NCBI GenBank assembly: GCA_050246755.1
Contig: JBFWVL010000003.1
Coordinates: 224,001 to 288,000 of the forward strand
DNA: 64,000 bases
DNA from: Bacteriovoracia bacterium
Lineage (GTDB): Bacteria; Bdellovibrionota; UBA1018; CAIPTA01
Direction: 5' to 3'
How positions within the stretch are numbered: the first letter of the stretch is position 1; each line of letters starts with the position of its first letter. A program made the translations under genes and the position numbers. Under the pieces are notes generated by a model that ran no database searches, was not told the DNA's origin, and saw only the letters and a program-made list of their open reading frames with translations. This document shows positions 51,501 to 60,630 of the stretch, piece by piece.

Positions 51501-52511
51501 CTAGCATAGCTCTACGCGGGCTTCCAAATAACGATTTGGCCCGGAAAGCTCGGAGTAACGGGTATTGTCGAAACGTAGCTCTAGCGGAGTCCCGCCTTGG
51601 AGGAAGCGTACCTTTTCCGCGCGGGCGAGCGCTTGCACCGTATCGGCCGGAAATTTTAGATTTTCGATCAAACCGAAACGGAGCGCCAAACGGAATAAGT
51701 CGGGATCGTCGCTAAGCTCCAGGGTAAGCAAACCGAGAGAAGCCAAATCCCTAAGCAAGGCGCCTAAATCCGGAAATCCGTTTTCGAAAGCCAAACGGCG
51801 CGTACCGGGAATCTGCGGAGCTTCGTTGCTTTGGTAGAGCACGCGCCGCGGAGCCGGCCTTTCCCAGCCTTCGGCGTCGAGCACTACCTGCCAAGCTGAC
51901 CCGATGGGTTGCGCGGGAACTTTACCGGCGCGGTAGATCACGGCATCCACGGAGCTGGGCAAAATATCCTGCTGAGAAAACTGCAAATCCACGCCGTTCG
52001 TTCCGGGATGTAATTCTACCCGAGCCTCCAGCGTGGCCACGCCTTTATGCAGCCATTTACTGTAGGGATCGAGCAAAGTTTGGGCGAGGCGCGCTTCTTC
52101 GCCGTCGGCCAGAACCACTTCCACGCCCATACGCTCCAGCGTGGTGGTGCCTTCGCCGCGTAATTTCTGCGCGGGATCCAGGCAACCGATCACTACCCTC
52201 TTCACCCCGAGGCGGCGGATGGATTCGGTCACCGGCGGCAAGCGCGCGAAAGTGGCTTTGGGTTCCAGCGTTAAATACAAGGTGGGCTCTTTCGCTTCGC
52301 CGGCTTTTTCCACGAGGCGGGACACGGCATCTTCACGATCTCCGCCGCTGAACACTTCCACCCCGATAGAGCGAGCGCCCTCCGCGAGCAAGGCGCACCA
52401 AGAAGCCTCTACCTGATCCGTGAGACGCTCGGGGGGGCGACGCGCGCCCTCGAGCGCCCGGCAAGCCTGGGCGAGGAGTACGCGATCTTGGTCGGTGAAA
52501 GTTCCCATCAT
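51501..52511 (-). CDS. RibD-like (deaminase/reductase) protein with a degenerate active site
   Basis: TLYLTLEP...PP...I...GVKRVVIGCLDP...GEG...L...GVEV matches the RibD deaminase pattern, but HAE and both Zn-binding Cys are missing. Confidence 0.7.
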   Translation of the reverse strand: MMGTFTDQDRVLLAQACRALEGARRPPERLTDQVEASWCALLAEGARSIGVEVFSGGDREDAVSRLVEKAGEAKEPTLYLTLEPKATFARLPPVTESIRRLGVKRVVIGCLDPAQKLRGEGTTTLERMGVEVVLADGEEARLAQTLLDPYSKWLHKGVATLEARVELHPGTNGVDLQFSQQDILPSSVDAVIYRAGKVPAQPIGSAWQVVLDAEGWERPAPRRVLYQSNEAPQIPGTRRLAFENGFPDLGALLRDLASLGLLTLELSDDPDLFRLALRFGLIENLKFPADTVQALARAEKVRFLQGGTPLELRFDNTRYSELSGPNRYLEARVELC

Positions 52512-52515
52512 CGGC

Positions 52516-53577
52516 TTAGGCCTGTTCCTGCGCGAGCTCGAGCATTTCTTTTTCAATATGGTTCGCCTGGGGCACGCTCACGTCTTCCAGCGTCGGGCAG
52601 ATGCCAATTCCCGGCAATTGCTTCCCAGCCAAGAGACGAGGGCGCACTTTCAGGGAATAGAATAATTCATCGCAGGTACGGCGCAGCAGGTGCTCGCCGA
52701 AGTTCGCTACTTCGGTATCTTCGTTCACAAAGAGCACGCGGCCGGTTCTCTCGATGGAGCTTTTAATCGCTTCCCAATCGTAGGGGTAGATCGTGCGCAG
52801 GTCGAATACGTCGTAGTGAATCCCCTGCTCTTTCAACTTTTCGGCGATACTGATCACGAGCGGCATCTGTCGTCCGTAGGAAATCACGGTGGCCGTATCC
52901 CCTTCCATCACGTGCTTAGCTTTGCCGATCGGCACGGAATAATGCTCGAGCTTAGGCCATTTGGCTTTCCAGGTGAGGCGCGCCTTGGCATCCACGGGAG
53001 CGTCGATCATATCGCGCAATGCTTTATCGGTATCAGGCTCGCCGGGAATCAATTCGGATCCGCGCGCGCGCATCAGGCCTTTCGGAATGAGGTAGAGCAC
53101 GGGATTCGGATCTTCAATTGCGGCCAGCATCAAGCCGTAGGCATCGAGGGGCGTGGAAGGCATCACCACTTTCCACCCCGGAATCCGGGCAGCCCAGGCG
53201 TCGAAAGAGTGCGAGTGGTAGACCGAGCCGTGAATGCCGGAGCCCACGGGCGTCATCACCACGATCGGCACGTTGAACTCGCCGTTCGAAGTCCAGGAGG
53301 CGTTGCCCGCCAGCTTCAAGAGATCGATGGTATTGAAAATATAATCGCAGAACTGCACTTCGGCCACGCAGCGTTTTCCCGCCAAGCCAAGGCCCGTGGC
53401 CATACCGATGATCCCCCGCTCATCGAGCGGGCAGTTCCAGGATTTGGTGAGACCCTGGGTAACGGTGAAGGCTCCCCCGAGAGGAGGGCCAACGTCTTCG
53501 CCGAAGATATCGCTGACTTCTAAATTCTGCTCGCCGTAGTGGAGAGCCATCCGGATTGCTTGCGCGAGTGATGCCAT
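52516..53577 (-). CDS. 2-oxoacid (probably branched-chain) dehydrogenase E1 beta subunit
   Basis: FGEDVG...GGAF, ERGIIG, EVQFCDY, HSHS, PSTPLDAYGL, DLRTIYPYD. Confidence 0.93.
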   Translation of the reverse strand: MASLAQAIRMALHYGEQNLEVSDIFGEDVGPPLGGAFTVTQGLTKSWNCPLDERGIIGMATGLGLAGKRCVAEVQFCDYIFNTIDLLKLAGNASWTSNGEFNVPIVVMTPVGSGIHGSVYHSHSFDAWAARIPGWKVVMPSTPLDAYGLMLAAIEDPNPVLYLIPKGLMRARGSELIPGEPDTDKALRDMIDAPVDAKARLTWKAKWPKLEHYSVPIGKAKHVMEGDTATVISYGRQMPLVISIAEKLKEQGIHYDVFDLRTIYPYDWEAIKSSIERTGRVLFVNEDTEVANFGEHLLRRTCDELFYSLKVRPRLLAGKQLPGIGICPTLEDVSVPQANHIEKEMLELAQEQA

Positions 53578-53592
53578 AAATTCCTCAAATTC

Positions 53593-54645
53593 CTAGTGGT
53601 GGGCCGGGGGCGGTGGGTTCTGGGCGAAATCGATTCCGATCTGCCGCGCGAACTCGTCGCGTCCTTTATCGCCGTCTTGCTCGGCCCATACGTGGTCGTA
53701 AATGGTTTCGGGAGCGGGAAAGGGCTCCTTCTGCACTTGTTTATAAGCCTCGGTAATCTTGGCGAGAGTTTTTTCCTGGATGGACTTCATCTCGTCCTTG
53801 TTCATTACCTTCATCTTGATCAGCTTCTCGCCGAAGATTTCCAGGCAATCCTCTTCGCTGGAACGAGGAGAGCCGGATGCGGAGGAGTGCCCGTAGAGGC
53901 GGCTCACCTTAAGCTCGAGCAAGAAAGGCTTGCGCTCGGTGCGCACGTAGTCCATCGCTTCTTCGAGCGCTTCCCAGCATTCCCAAACATCGTTGCCGTT
54001 GGCCACGGCGGTCTTGATGCCGAATGCTTTTCCGCGGTCCGCGATGTATTTTTCTCCATGCTGGCCATCCCAGGGAGTAGAGATACCGAAACGATTATTC
54101 GTAACGATCATCAATAAAGGAGAAAGACCGGCCGGGCGGCTCGACCAAACCAATGCGCTCGCGAAGTCGCCTTCAGCCGTGCCAGCATCTCCGCCGGTAA
54201 CGATGGTGATTCCTTTGCAGCCTTTTTCCCGCTGCGCATGGGCGGTGCCGATAGCCTGAAGGTATTGGGCTTCGATCACGGAAAATACGGGAACCACGTT
54301 CCATTTCTTGATCGCGAAGTGGTTCACGAAATTGCGGCCGCCGGAATAAGGATCCGTGCTCACGGCGCGCATTTGGCGGATCGAATCGATAGATTTTCCG
54401 CCCATGGCCAAGATGGTAGCGCCGGCGCGGTAATGGAGGTGGAGGAAATCGTTCTGGATCCCCTCCCCCTTCTTCACCAGCATTCCCAGCGGAATGGCGA
54501 AAGCCTCTTCCCCAGGCCCGCCAATCCAAAAATAACCTTCACCGGATTTATTCATGTGAATGAGACGCTCTTCGACAATGCGCGCCTCCACCATCAGGGA
54601 GTAAATCTCGCGCAATTTCTCATTGCTGAGCTTCTTCGTGGCCAT
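53593..54645 (-). CDS. 2-oxoacid (probably branched-chain) dehydrogenase E1 alpha subunit
   Basis: DPYSGGRN, TPP motif GDAGTAEGD...NN, GND, RLYGHSS. Confidence 0.93.
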   Translation of the reverse strand: MATKKLSNEKLREIYSLMVEARIVEERLIHMNKSGEGYFWIGGPGEEAFAIPLGMLVKKGEGIQNDFLHLHYRAGATILAMGGKSIDSIRQMRAVSTDPYSGGRNFVNHFAIKKWNVVPVFSVIEAQYLQAIGTAHAQREKGCKGITIVTGGDAGTAEGDFASALVWSSRPAGLSPLLMIVTNNRFGISTPWDGQHGEKYIADRGKAFGIKTAVANGNDVWECWEALEEAMDYVRTERKPFLLELKVSRLYGHSSASGSPRSSEEDCLEIFGEKLIKMKVMNKDEMKSIQEKTLAKITEAYKQVQKEPFPAPETIYDHVWAEQDGDKGRDEFARQIGIDFAQNPPPPAHH

Positions 54646-54887
54646 TCCTCTAGCTCCTTGGTCGTTAATTGAGACTACGATTCACTGTTCCGGGAGCCGA
54701 GAAAAGCGGGGAAAAATTTTCGGGAGTTTTTGCCGGCTGCGGCTTTCACGGCAACGGAATCGGCTTTTAATCTCACTACTTAATTTAGTCGCGGTTCACG
54801 GCCGGTCGCTATAGAATCGATAGTCACCAGCCCTACTTGATTACTATATTTTTTTGGCAGTGTAACCTAAAAGCTGAAGGGGATTTT

Positions 54888-55835
54888 GTGCGTCGCACCA
54901 GAGTTAAAATCATCGATGCCGAGCGTGGAATCGGCATCGCCGCCGCCTCCTCTTTAATTGAACGGGCCCTGCTCACGAAAGCCCTTAAGCAGTTCGCCGG
55001 CTGGGGAATCCCCACTCGCATAGACGACGATATCTACGAAAAACTACGCAGCTTCGCCGGCACCGATGAGCGCCGCGCCAACTCCCTGATTCGTTTGGCC
55101 AAGGATCCCACCCTCGGGGCTATCTGGTGTGCTCGCGGCGGTTACGGTGCGGCGAGAATCTTAGCCCGCCTCGATAAGGCTGGGCTCCCCTCTCTCCTCA
55201 AGCGCTCCCCCAAATTATTGCTCGGTTTCTCCGACGTGACCGCCCTGCATTTTTATTTCGGCGCCCTCGGCCTTCCCACCGTGCACGCGCCGATGCCCGC
55301 CACGCCTTCCTGGAGCCACATGACGCCGCGAGTGCACCGCCTCCTGCACACGATCCTCGCCGGCGGCCTCGAGCTCGGACGTAAAAGCTATACCGCCGAA
55401 TGGAAAATAAAACCTATTTATATGCCCCGCGGCGGCGCCGAAGGAATCCTGCGCGGCGGGAATCTTTCACTCTTGGCCAGTCTTGCCGGCACCCCTTGGC
55501 AGCCGGACCTGCGCGGCTCTCTGCTGATGCTGGAAGACTGCGGCGAACGCCCCTACCGCGTGGACCGCATGCTCACCCAGATCGCCTCGGCGGGAATGCT
55601 TAAGGGCGTGCGCGGCGTGCTACTCGGCGATTTCGAGGCCGACGTGGAGTACAAGCACTCCTTCGAGAAGCGCTACTGGAACGAGATTTTCGCCGAACGC
55701 TTCGAGGGAATCCCGCTGGTGAAGGGTCTTCCCGTGGGCCACGGAAAGCGGAACGAGCCCCTGCCCCTCGGCGTGAAAGCGGCGCTGGATGGATCGGGAA
55801 AGTTACTGCTGCTCGAGCAACCGGTAACGGGCTAG
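54888..55835 (+). CDS. ldcA: LD-carboxypeptidase (peptidase S66)
   Basis: RGGYG, GFSDVT, GGNLSLL, LEDCGERPYRVDRML, PVGHG. Confidence 0.92.
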   Translation: MRRTRVKIIDAERGIGIAAASSLIERALLTKALKQFAGWGIPTRIDDDIYEKLRSFAGTDERRANSLIRLAKDPTLGAIWCARGGYGAARILARLDKAGLPSLLKRSPKLLLGFSDVTALHFYFGALGLPTVHAPMPATPSWSHMTPRVHRLLHTILAGGLELGRKSYTAEWKIKPIYMPRGGAEGILRGGNLSLLASLAGTPWQPDLRGSLLMLEDCGERPYRVDRMLTQIASAGMLKGVRGVLLGDFEADVEYKHSFEKRYWNEIFAERFEGIPLVKGLPVGHGKRNEPLPLGVKAALDGSGKLLLLEQPVTG

Positions 55836-56587
55836 TTCGCGCGCCAGAGGCGGTAGATCTGCTCTTCGGTAGAGCTCCACTCACCGCGGGCCTTATTGCT
55901 CACGGTCTGCACCTGAAAAACTCGCAGCATCAAGGGCGGACGCTCAGCTTCCTCGGCAGATGCCGGACGGCGCGCGTCTTTAGCCATAGGCGCCGCCACT
56001 TTCGGCTCCACGTAACGCAGGAACTCCACGCTCACTTCCCGTTCGGCGCCGGGAACCGCGGTGGCAATCGTGCGGCCCGGAGCGGCGGAATCCGAAAAGC
56101 TTACGGCGGGAAGATTCAGGCGGTTCTTGCCCATCACGCGGCCGTAGCGGCGGAATTGGCAGAGTTCTTTGCCGTTCATTTTTTCAAACGAGAGGCGGCC
56201 GTAGGCAACTTTATCGTCTTCCACGGGCACGAACGCTTCATACTCTTTCACCTCGCCCGAACCTGCCCAGAATAGGCCGTTCATCACGAGTGATCCGGCG
56301 GGCAAAGCTGCGCAGGACACGCCGCCGCGGGATTTTAGGAAAGCTTCGGCGGGAAGGAATTGCAGTTCGGCGAATTTTTCGGTTTTCACGCGCTTCTTCG
56401 AATCGCGCTCGTTCTTCCAGGTTTCCACGGAGCCGCGCCATTTGCCGTCGAGCGAGCTCCAGGAGAAGTCCTTCCACTCCTGCTCTTCCACCGTGCAAGA
56501 ATGGCAATCGGCCTGCAATAGCGTCTTAGAGGCGCAGCTTGCGAGCAATAAAATAGAGAAACCGGCTAACCACTTTCGTCCGTGCAT
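55832..56587 (-). CDS. Hypothetical lipoprotein
   Basis: Lipobox LASC; AAGGAG RBS. Confidence 0.8.
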   Translation of the reverse strand: MHGRKWLAGFSILLLASCASKTLLQADCHSCTVEEQEWKDFSWSSLDGKWRGSVETWKNERDSKKRVKTEKFAELQFLPAEAFLKSRGGVSCAALPAGSLVMNGLFWAGSGEVKEYEAFVPVEDDKVAYGRLSFEKMNGKELCQFRRYGRVMGKNRLNLPAVSFSDSAAPGRTIATAVPGAEREVSVEFLRYVEPKVAAPMAKDARRPASAEEAERPPLMLRVFQVQTVSNKARGEWSSTEEQIYRLWRAN

Positions 56588-56608
56588 AAGTAGAGCTCCT
56601 TAGAGATC

Positions 56609-56636
56609 TTTTCGGAGCGAGGGTGGAAAATCTTTA
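56609..56636 (-). promoter_or_regulatory. Possible sigma28-type promoter
   Basis: TAAA-N16-TCCGAAAA upstream of the lipoprotein RBS. Confidence 0.45.
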
Positions 56637-56666
56637 GACAGAATCCGGGTAGCCAAATTTTGGACG

Positions 56667-56700
56667 AAAAAAAAGCGGTGGATTTCTCCACCGCCCTTTT
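56667..56700 (-). terminator. Intrinsic terminator
   Basis: GCGGTGGA-N4-TCCACCGC with an 8-T tail on the minus strand. Confidence 0.85.
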
Positions 56701-56716
56701 CGCAATTCAGATTGCT

Positions 56717-58897
56717 TTACTTGCCTTTAAGACCGCAGGTAGCCATCTGCTGCTTCATCTCGAGCTTCTCTTGCCGCGACAAGCCCTTGAGCGCAGGATT
56801 CATTTCAATCTGTTCGTCGAGGGCGAGCTCGAACGCTTTTTGCTGCTTAGCTTCTAGGCTGGCCAATCCACGCACTTCGCTGGAAGCCATCTTCTTCTCG
56901 GCCAAACGGTAGGTGGCGGTAAGTCCATCGAGGCCGGTTTCCCAGTCGTTGATCTTAGCGGCCAGGTACTTAGGATTCTCCACACCGAACTTTGCTCCAG
57001 CCAGCGCTGCTTCGAGCACCTGCAGGCGGTTCCCGTCGTTGAGCTTTGCCGTGTTCACTTCGGCCATAATGTCCATCACGCGTTTCGCCATCGAAGCATT
57101 CTTGATGTCTTCGCGGATCGCTTTCGTGGCGGCACGCTGGGTGAACTGCGAAATCAAGCCCTTCGAAGCCGCGGTGCGGATTACGCCCATGGCATCTTCG
57201 TTAAAATCGAGGTCGTGGATCATCGCCTGCGCAGCCTTACGGGCCACGGTGGCGTCTTTGCTGTTCAGATCAGCGAATAGCTTCGTGATCGCCGCTTCCG
57301 AGTGGCCTTTCTCTTTCAGGGCCGCACGGAGCGTATTGTTCGCGGCCAGTTTCGCCATCGACTTCGCGCCCTGGTTAGCGGCGATCAAAGAGGCGGCTGC
57401 GCCCCCGAGAGCGATCTTACCAATCCCCGTACCGAGCATGGCCGTGGGAGAGAGAGCGATATTGAATGCCAATGCGTCTTTCGCATCGGTGAGGTCCTTC
57501 ATGTCGCCCACGGCTTTACCATTTTCTTCGGTGGCGAAGTTCATCACGCGCTGTTCTTCACGATCGGCGTGCTTGGCATCTACGTAAATCGAAGCCGCGC
57601 CGGTCACTACGGCCGCCGTGGAGGCACCCAGGATGGTGGCGGTGGTGGTTCCTACGCCAGCCGCGGAGAGAACCGCGCCGCCCGCGAAACCTCCGGCAAC
57701 GAATCCGGTGATCATTCCGCCCATGATAACGGCGCTGTTGCGGGTATCTTTGTTAGCCAAGAGATTCGTCAAGCCGGTGGCCGATTGGCAATAGTTCTGG
57801 TTCTTTTCGAGCACTTCACGAACGGCCGGGCCATATTTCATGATCTCGAGCAAATCGGAAACGGAGTTTTTCTGGATAGTTTTATCGAGCTTCGCGGCTT
57901 CCGCTTCGGCATTACCCAAGAGCTTCTTCGCGGCCATCGCCACGGCATGGCAGGATTCGGCATCGCCGTTGGAAGCGCAATTCTCGATGGCTTTGTCTTT
58001 GCCCAGGTAAGCAAGGATGGGAGCCTTAAAGATATTCTTCACGTATTCTTGGCGGTGCTCGGAAAATTTCTTGCCACGCTGGATGGTCTGGTACTTCGCA
58101 AAATCGGCCGTATTATATTTTCCGATTTTTGCTTTCGCATCCGCGTAGGCATTTTCGAGAACGGGGTTGGTCTGGCCAGCGTCACGCTTGGCCTTGATCT
58201 GCTCCATCCGGCGCTCCATCGCTTCGTCCCAGGACTTACGGATATCTTTGGTATCGTCTTCGAACGCATCCACGGCGTCGGCGAGCTCACTGTCGTTCAA
58301 CGGTTCCATTTTTCCTTCGAAGGCAAGGTTGGCCGCGGGAGCGCCCAAGGAACGATTCACGTTCAAACGGGCTTCGGGCATCTCGGCAACCTGGTTGATG
58401 GTGGCGTAGCCGGAAAGGGCCAAAGCTTGGCGCAGTTCAGGACGAACTTTATTTACCGTTTTGGCTAGATTCTTCAGTACGGACTCGCAGCCTTCTTCGG
58501 TAGGGTGCTCGGCGCAGGCCAAGAGCATTTTATTGTAGGCCACGTTCACGGCGATATTTTCTTTCGCCTTGCCTCCCACTTGCTTCAAAAAATCAACGGC
58601 CTTAGCTTGGTCATTTTCGCTGCCGTCGAGCTTGGTGAGAATCGTTTTGATGGTGAAGAAGCTGTCGTCGGGAAGAACCTCGAGGCTCACTTGATCGCCG
58701 CACTCTTTAATGGCCTGGTCCCAGTACGCTTTATCTTCGTTATACACCTTGCTCGGCAAGAAGGCCTTGCTCTTACAAACTTCGAAAGGCGTATCACTGA
58801 GCTTCAGCTTCGCTAGCGGATCGGCACTCTCGGCGAAAACCACGGGCGCCGGGCAGGCAATCAAAGCGATCAAAGTGAGGGATAAAATGTTTTTCAT
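56717..58897 (-). CDS. Large secreted helical protein with Gly/Ala-rich hydrophobic segments
   Basis: Signal peptide MKNILSLTLIALIACPAPVVFA; glycine-zipper-like MGGMITGFVAGGFAGGAVLSAAGVG. Confidence 0.85.
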   Translation of the reverse strand: MKNILSLTLIALIACPAPVVFAESADPLAKLKLSDTPFEVCKSKAFLPSKVYNEDKAYWDQAIKECGDQVSLEVLPDDSFFTIKTILTKLDGSENDQAKAVDFLKQVGGKAKENIAVNVAYNKMLLACAEHPTEEGCESVLKNLAKTVNKVRPELRQALALSGYATINQVAEMPEARLNVNRSLGAPAANLAFEGKMEPLNDSELADAVDAFEDDTKDIRKSWDEAMERRMEQIKAKRDAGQTNPVLENAYADAKAKIGKYNTADFAKYQTIQRGKKFSEHRQEYVKNIFKAPILAYLGKDKAIENCASNGDAESCHAVAMAAKKLLGNAEAEAAKLDKTIQKNSVSDLLEIMKYGPAVREVLEKNQNYCQSATGLTNLLANKDTRNSAVIMGGMITGFVAGGFAGGAVLSAAGVGTTTATILGASTAAVVTGAASIYVDAKHADREEQRVMNFATEENGKAVGDMKDLTDAKDALAFNIALSPTAMLGTGIGKIALGGAAASLIAANQGAKSMAKLAANNTLRAALKEKGHSEAAITKLFADLNSKDATVARKAAQAMIHDLDFNEDAMGVIRTAASKGLISQFTQRAATKAIREDIKNASMAKRVMDIMAEVNTAKLNDGNRLQVLEAALAGAKFGVENPKYLAAKINDWETGLDGLTATYRLAEKKMASSEVRGLASLEAKQQKAFELALDEQIEMNPALKGLSRQEKLEMKQQMATCGLKGK

Positions 58898-59017
58898 ACC
58901 GAGTTCCTTCAAGGTAACAATTGTGTGAATCACAAAAACGTCTCTTGAAGATATCGTCTCTTAAAGGAATTAAATTTACGAGAAAATGCAAAAACCGTAA
59001 GCAATCCGCCAAAATAC

Positions 59018-59080
59018 AAACGCAGCCGTGTAAGGCTGCGTTTACGAAAGAAAAAATGGTGGGGCCAATCCATGGCCCCA
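59018..59080 (-). terminator. Tandem terminator hairpins downstream of flagellin
   Basis: TGGGGCCA-N5-TGGCCCCA with a T-run, and AAACGCAGCC-N6-GGCTGCGTTT. Confidence 0.8.
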
Positions 59081-59091
59081 AGACGTTATTA

Positions 59092-59919
59092 TCACAGAAG
59101 TTTCAGTGCATTAGCAGAACTGGAATTGGCCTGGCTCAATACCGCTACCCCGGCGCTCTGGATGATCGAGTTTCTCGCCAAGTTCGAAGCCTCTTCCGCG
59201 ATGTCCGTGTCGGCGATCCGCGAACGGGCCTCGGAAAGGTTTTCTACCTGGACGCCGATATTATTGCTCGCGGAGTGCAAGCGATTCTGCAGGGCGCCCA
59301 AACTAGAACGGTAATTATTTACCTTACTGATGGCGGTGTCGATGGTTTCGAGAGAATCGAGGGCGTCGCCCCGGCTCCCTACCCCGGCACCGGATATTCC
59401 CAGCGAACTCGAGCGGGCATCCGCCTCGTTCGACTGGAACTCGATCCGGTTGTTTTCACCCGAACGCGAGCCCACCTGGAAGCTGAGCGAGCCGCCCGAG
59501 CCGTCGAGGAGTTTACGTCCGTTGAAGTTAGAAACCTGGGCGATGCGGTCCACCTCAGATTTCAGCGTCTGGAATTCCTTATCCAATAGCGCGCGTTCCT
59601 CGTCGCCGAGCGTATCGGAGGCGGCTTGCACCCCGAGTTCGCGCAGGCGAATCATGATATTAGAAACCTCGTTGAGGGAGCCTTCCGCCGTTTGCACGAA
59701 GGAAACCCCATCATTCGCGTTTCGCTGCGCCTGCTTGAGGCCCCGCGTCTCCGCTAAGAGGTTCTGGCTGATGGCCAATCCGGCAGCATCATCACCAGCG
59801 TTTACAATCCTTTGTCCAGAAGAGAGCCGGGCAATCGAGCGGCTTTGCTGATTGCTGGACTCTTGAAGATTCCGCTGCACTACTTGCGACGGAACGTTGG
59901 TAGCGATTCTGAGACCCAT
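59092..59919 (-). CDS. fliC: Flagellin (short form, little or no D2/D3)
   Basis: MGLRIATNV, RLSSGQRI..AGDDAAGLAIS, QTAEGSLNE, RSSLGALQNRL, SRIADTDIAEE. Confidence 0.98.
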   Translation of the reverse strand: MGLRIATNVPSQVVQRNLQESSNQQSRSIARLSSGQRIVNAGDDAAGLAISQNLLAETRGLKQAQRNANDGVSFVQTAEGSLNEVSNIMIRLRELGVQAASDTLGDEERALLDKEFQTLKSEVDRIAQVSNFNGRKLLDGSGGSLSFQVGSRSGENNRIEFQSNEADARSSSLGISGAGVGSRGDALDSLETIDTAISKVNNYRSSLGALQNRLHSASNNIGVQVENLSEARSRIADTDIAEEASNLARNSIIQSAGVAVLSQANSSSANALKLL

Positions 59920-60115
59920 ACACGTCCTACTTTCTCAGTTTGACCGAAAGCAGCCCAATACTGCTTTGATCTATTACCTAGTATAACACGGAGCAGTGTA
60001 ATGGTTTTGACAGGTATAAACTGGCGGATTTTAATGATCTTTTTGAGTTAGGCCGACGAAGGACTATACGGCCCCTGACGAAGAACTAGGCAAATTCTTA
60101 ACAATTATAGAGGGC

Positions 60116-60571
60116 TTATTTTCGAGTAAAGCCGGTGCTACCAAAGCCACCCTCACCGCGGGCGGTATCGCTTAACTCTTTGGTTTCTACGAGTTGCGCC
60201 TGAAAAACCGGGCAGAGAACGGCCTGAGCCACCCTATCTTGGTCCTGGATCTCCATGGCCTCGTCTCCGAGGTGGATCAGAGCAATTTTCACCTCACCCC
60301 GGTAATCCGCATCGATGGTGCCGGGCGTATTCACCACGGTAATACCCCGCTTGGCGGCCCAGCCGGAGCGTGGGCGGATCTGGATCTCGTAGCCAGGGGG
60401 AATCTCCACGGCGAGGCCGGTGGGCACCAGCACGCGCTGGCCGGGCTTTAACGTGAGGGGCTCGCGGATTTGGGCGCGGAGGTCGAAGCCACTGGCGTGG
60501 GTCGTTTCGTAGGCGGGCAGTTCACCCTGAAAATGATCGAGCTTCTTTACGCGAACGGAGATTTTTTCCAT
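60116..60571 (-). CDS. dut: dUTP pyrophosphatase
   Basis: SGFDL, RPRSG, NTPGTIDADYRGE, RVAQ, RGEGGFGSTG. Confidence 0.97.
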   Translation of the reverse strand: MEKISVRVKKLDHFQGELPAYETTHASGFDLRAQIREPLTLKPGQRVLVPTGLAVEIPPGYEIQIRPRSGWAAKRGITVVNTPGTIDADYRGEVKIALIHLGDEAMEIQDQDRVAQAVLCPVFQAQLVETKELSDTARGEGGFGSTGFTRK

Positions 60572-60630
60572 GGAGGATTTGTAGCGTAAAGGCGGCGCGG
60601 CATTGTAGGGAAATTTAGCGTTTAGTTGTC

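Noticed and set aside
57302-58468. 388-aa plus-strand ORF, and similar long alternative-frame ORFs such as 1197-2234, 38456-39352 and 34786-35598
   Set aside because: Almost entirely overlap well-supported genes; no recognisable features
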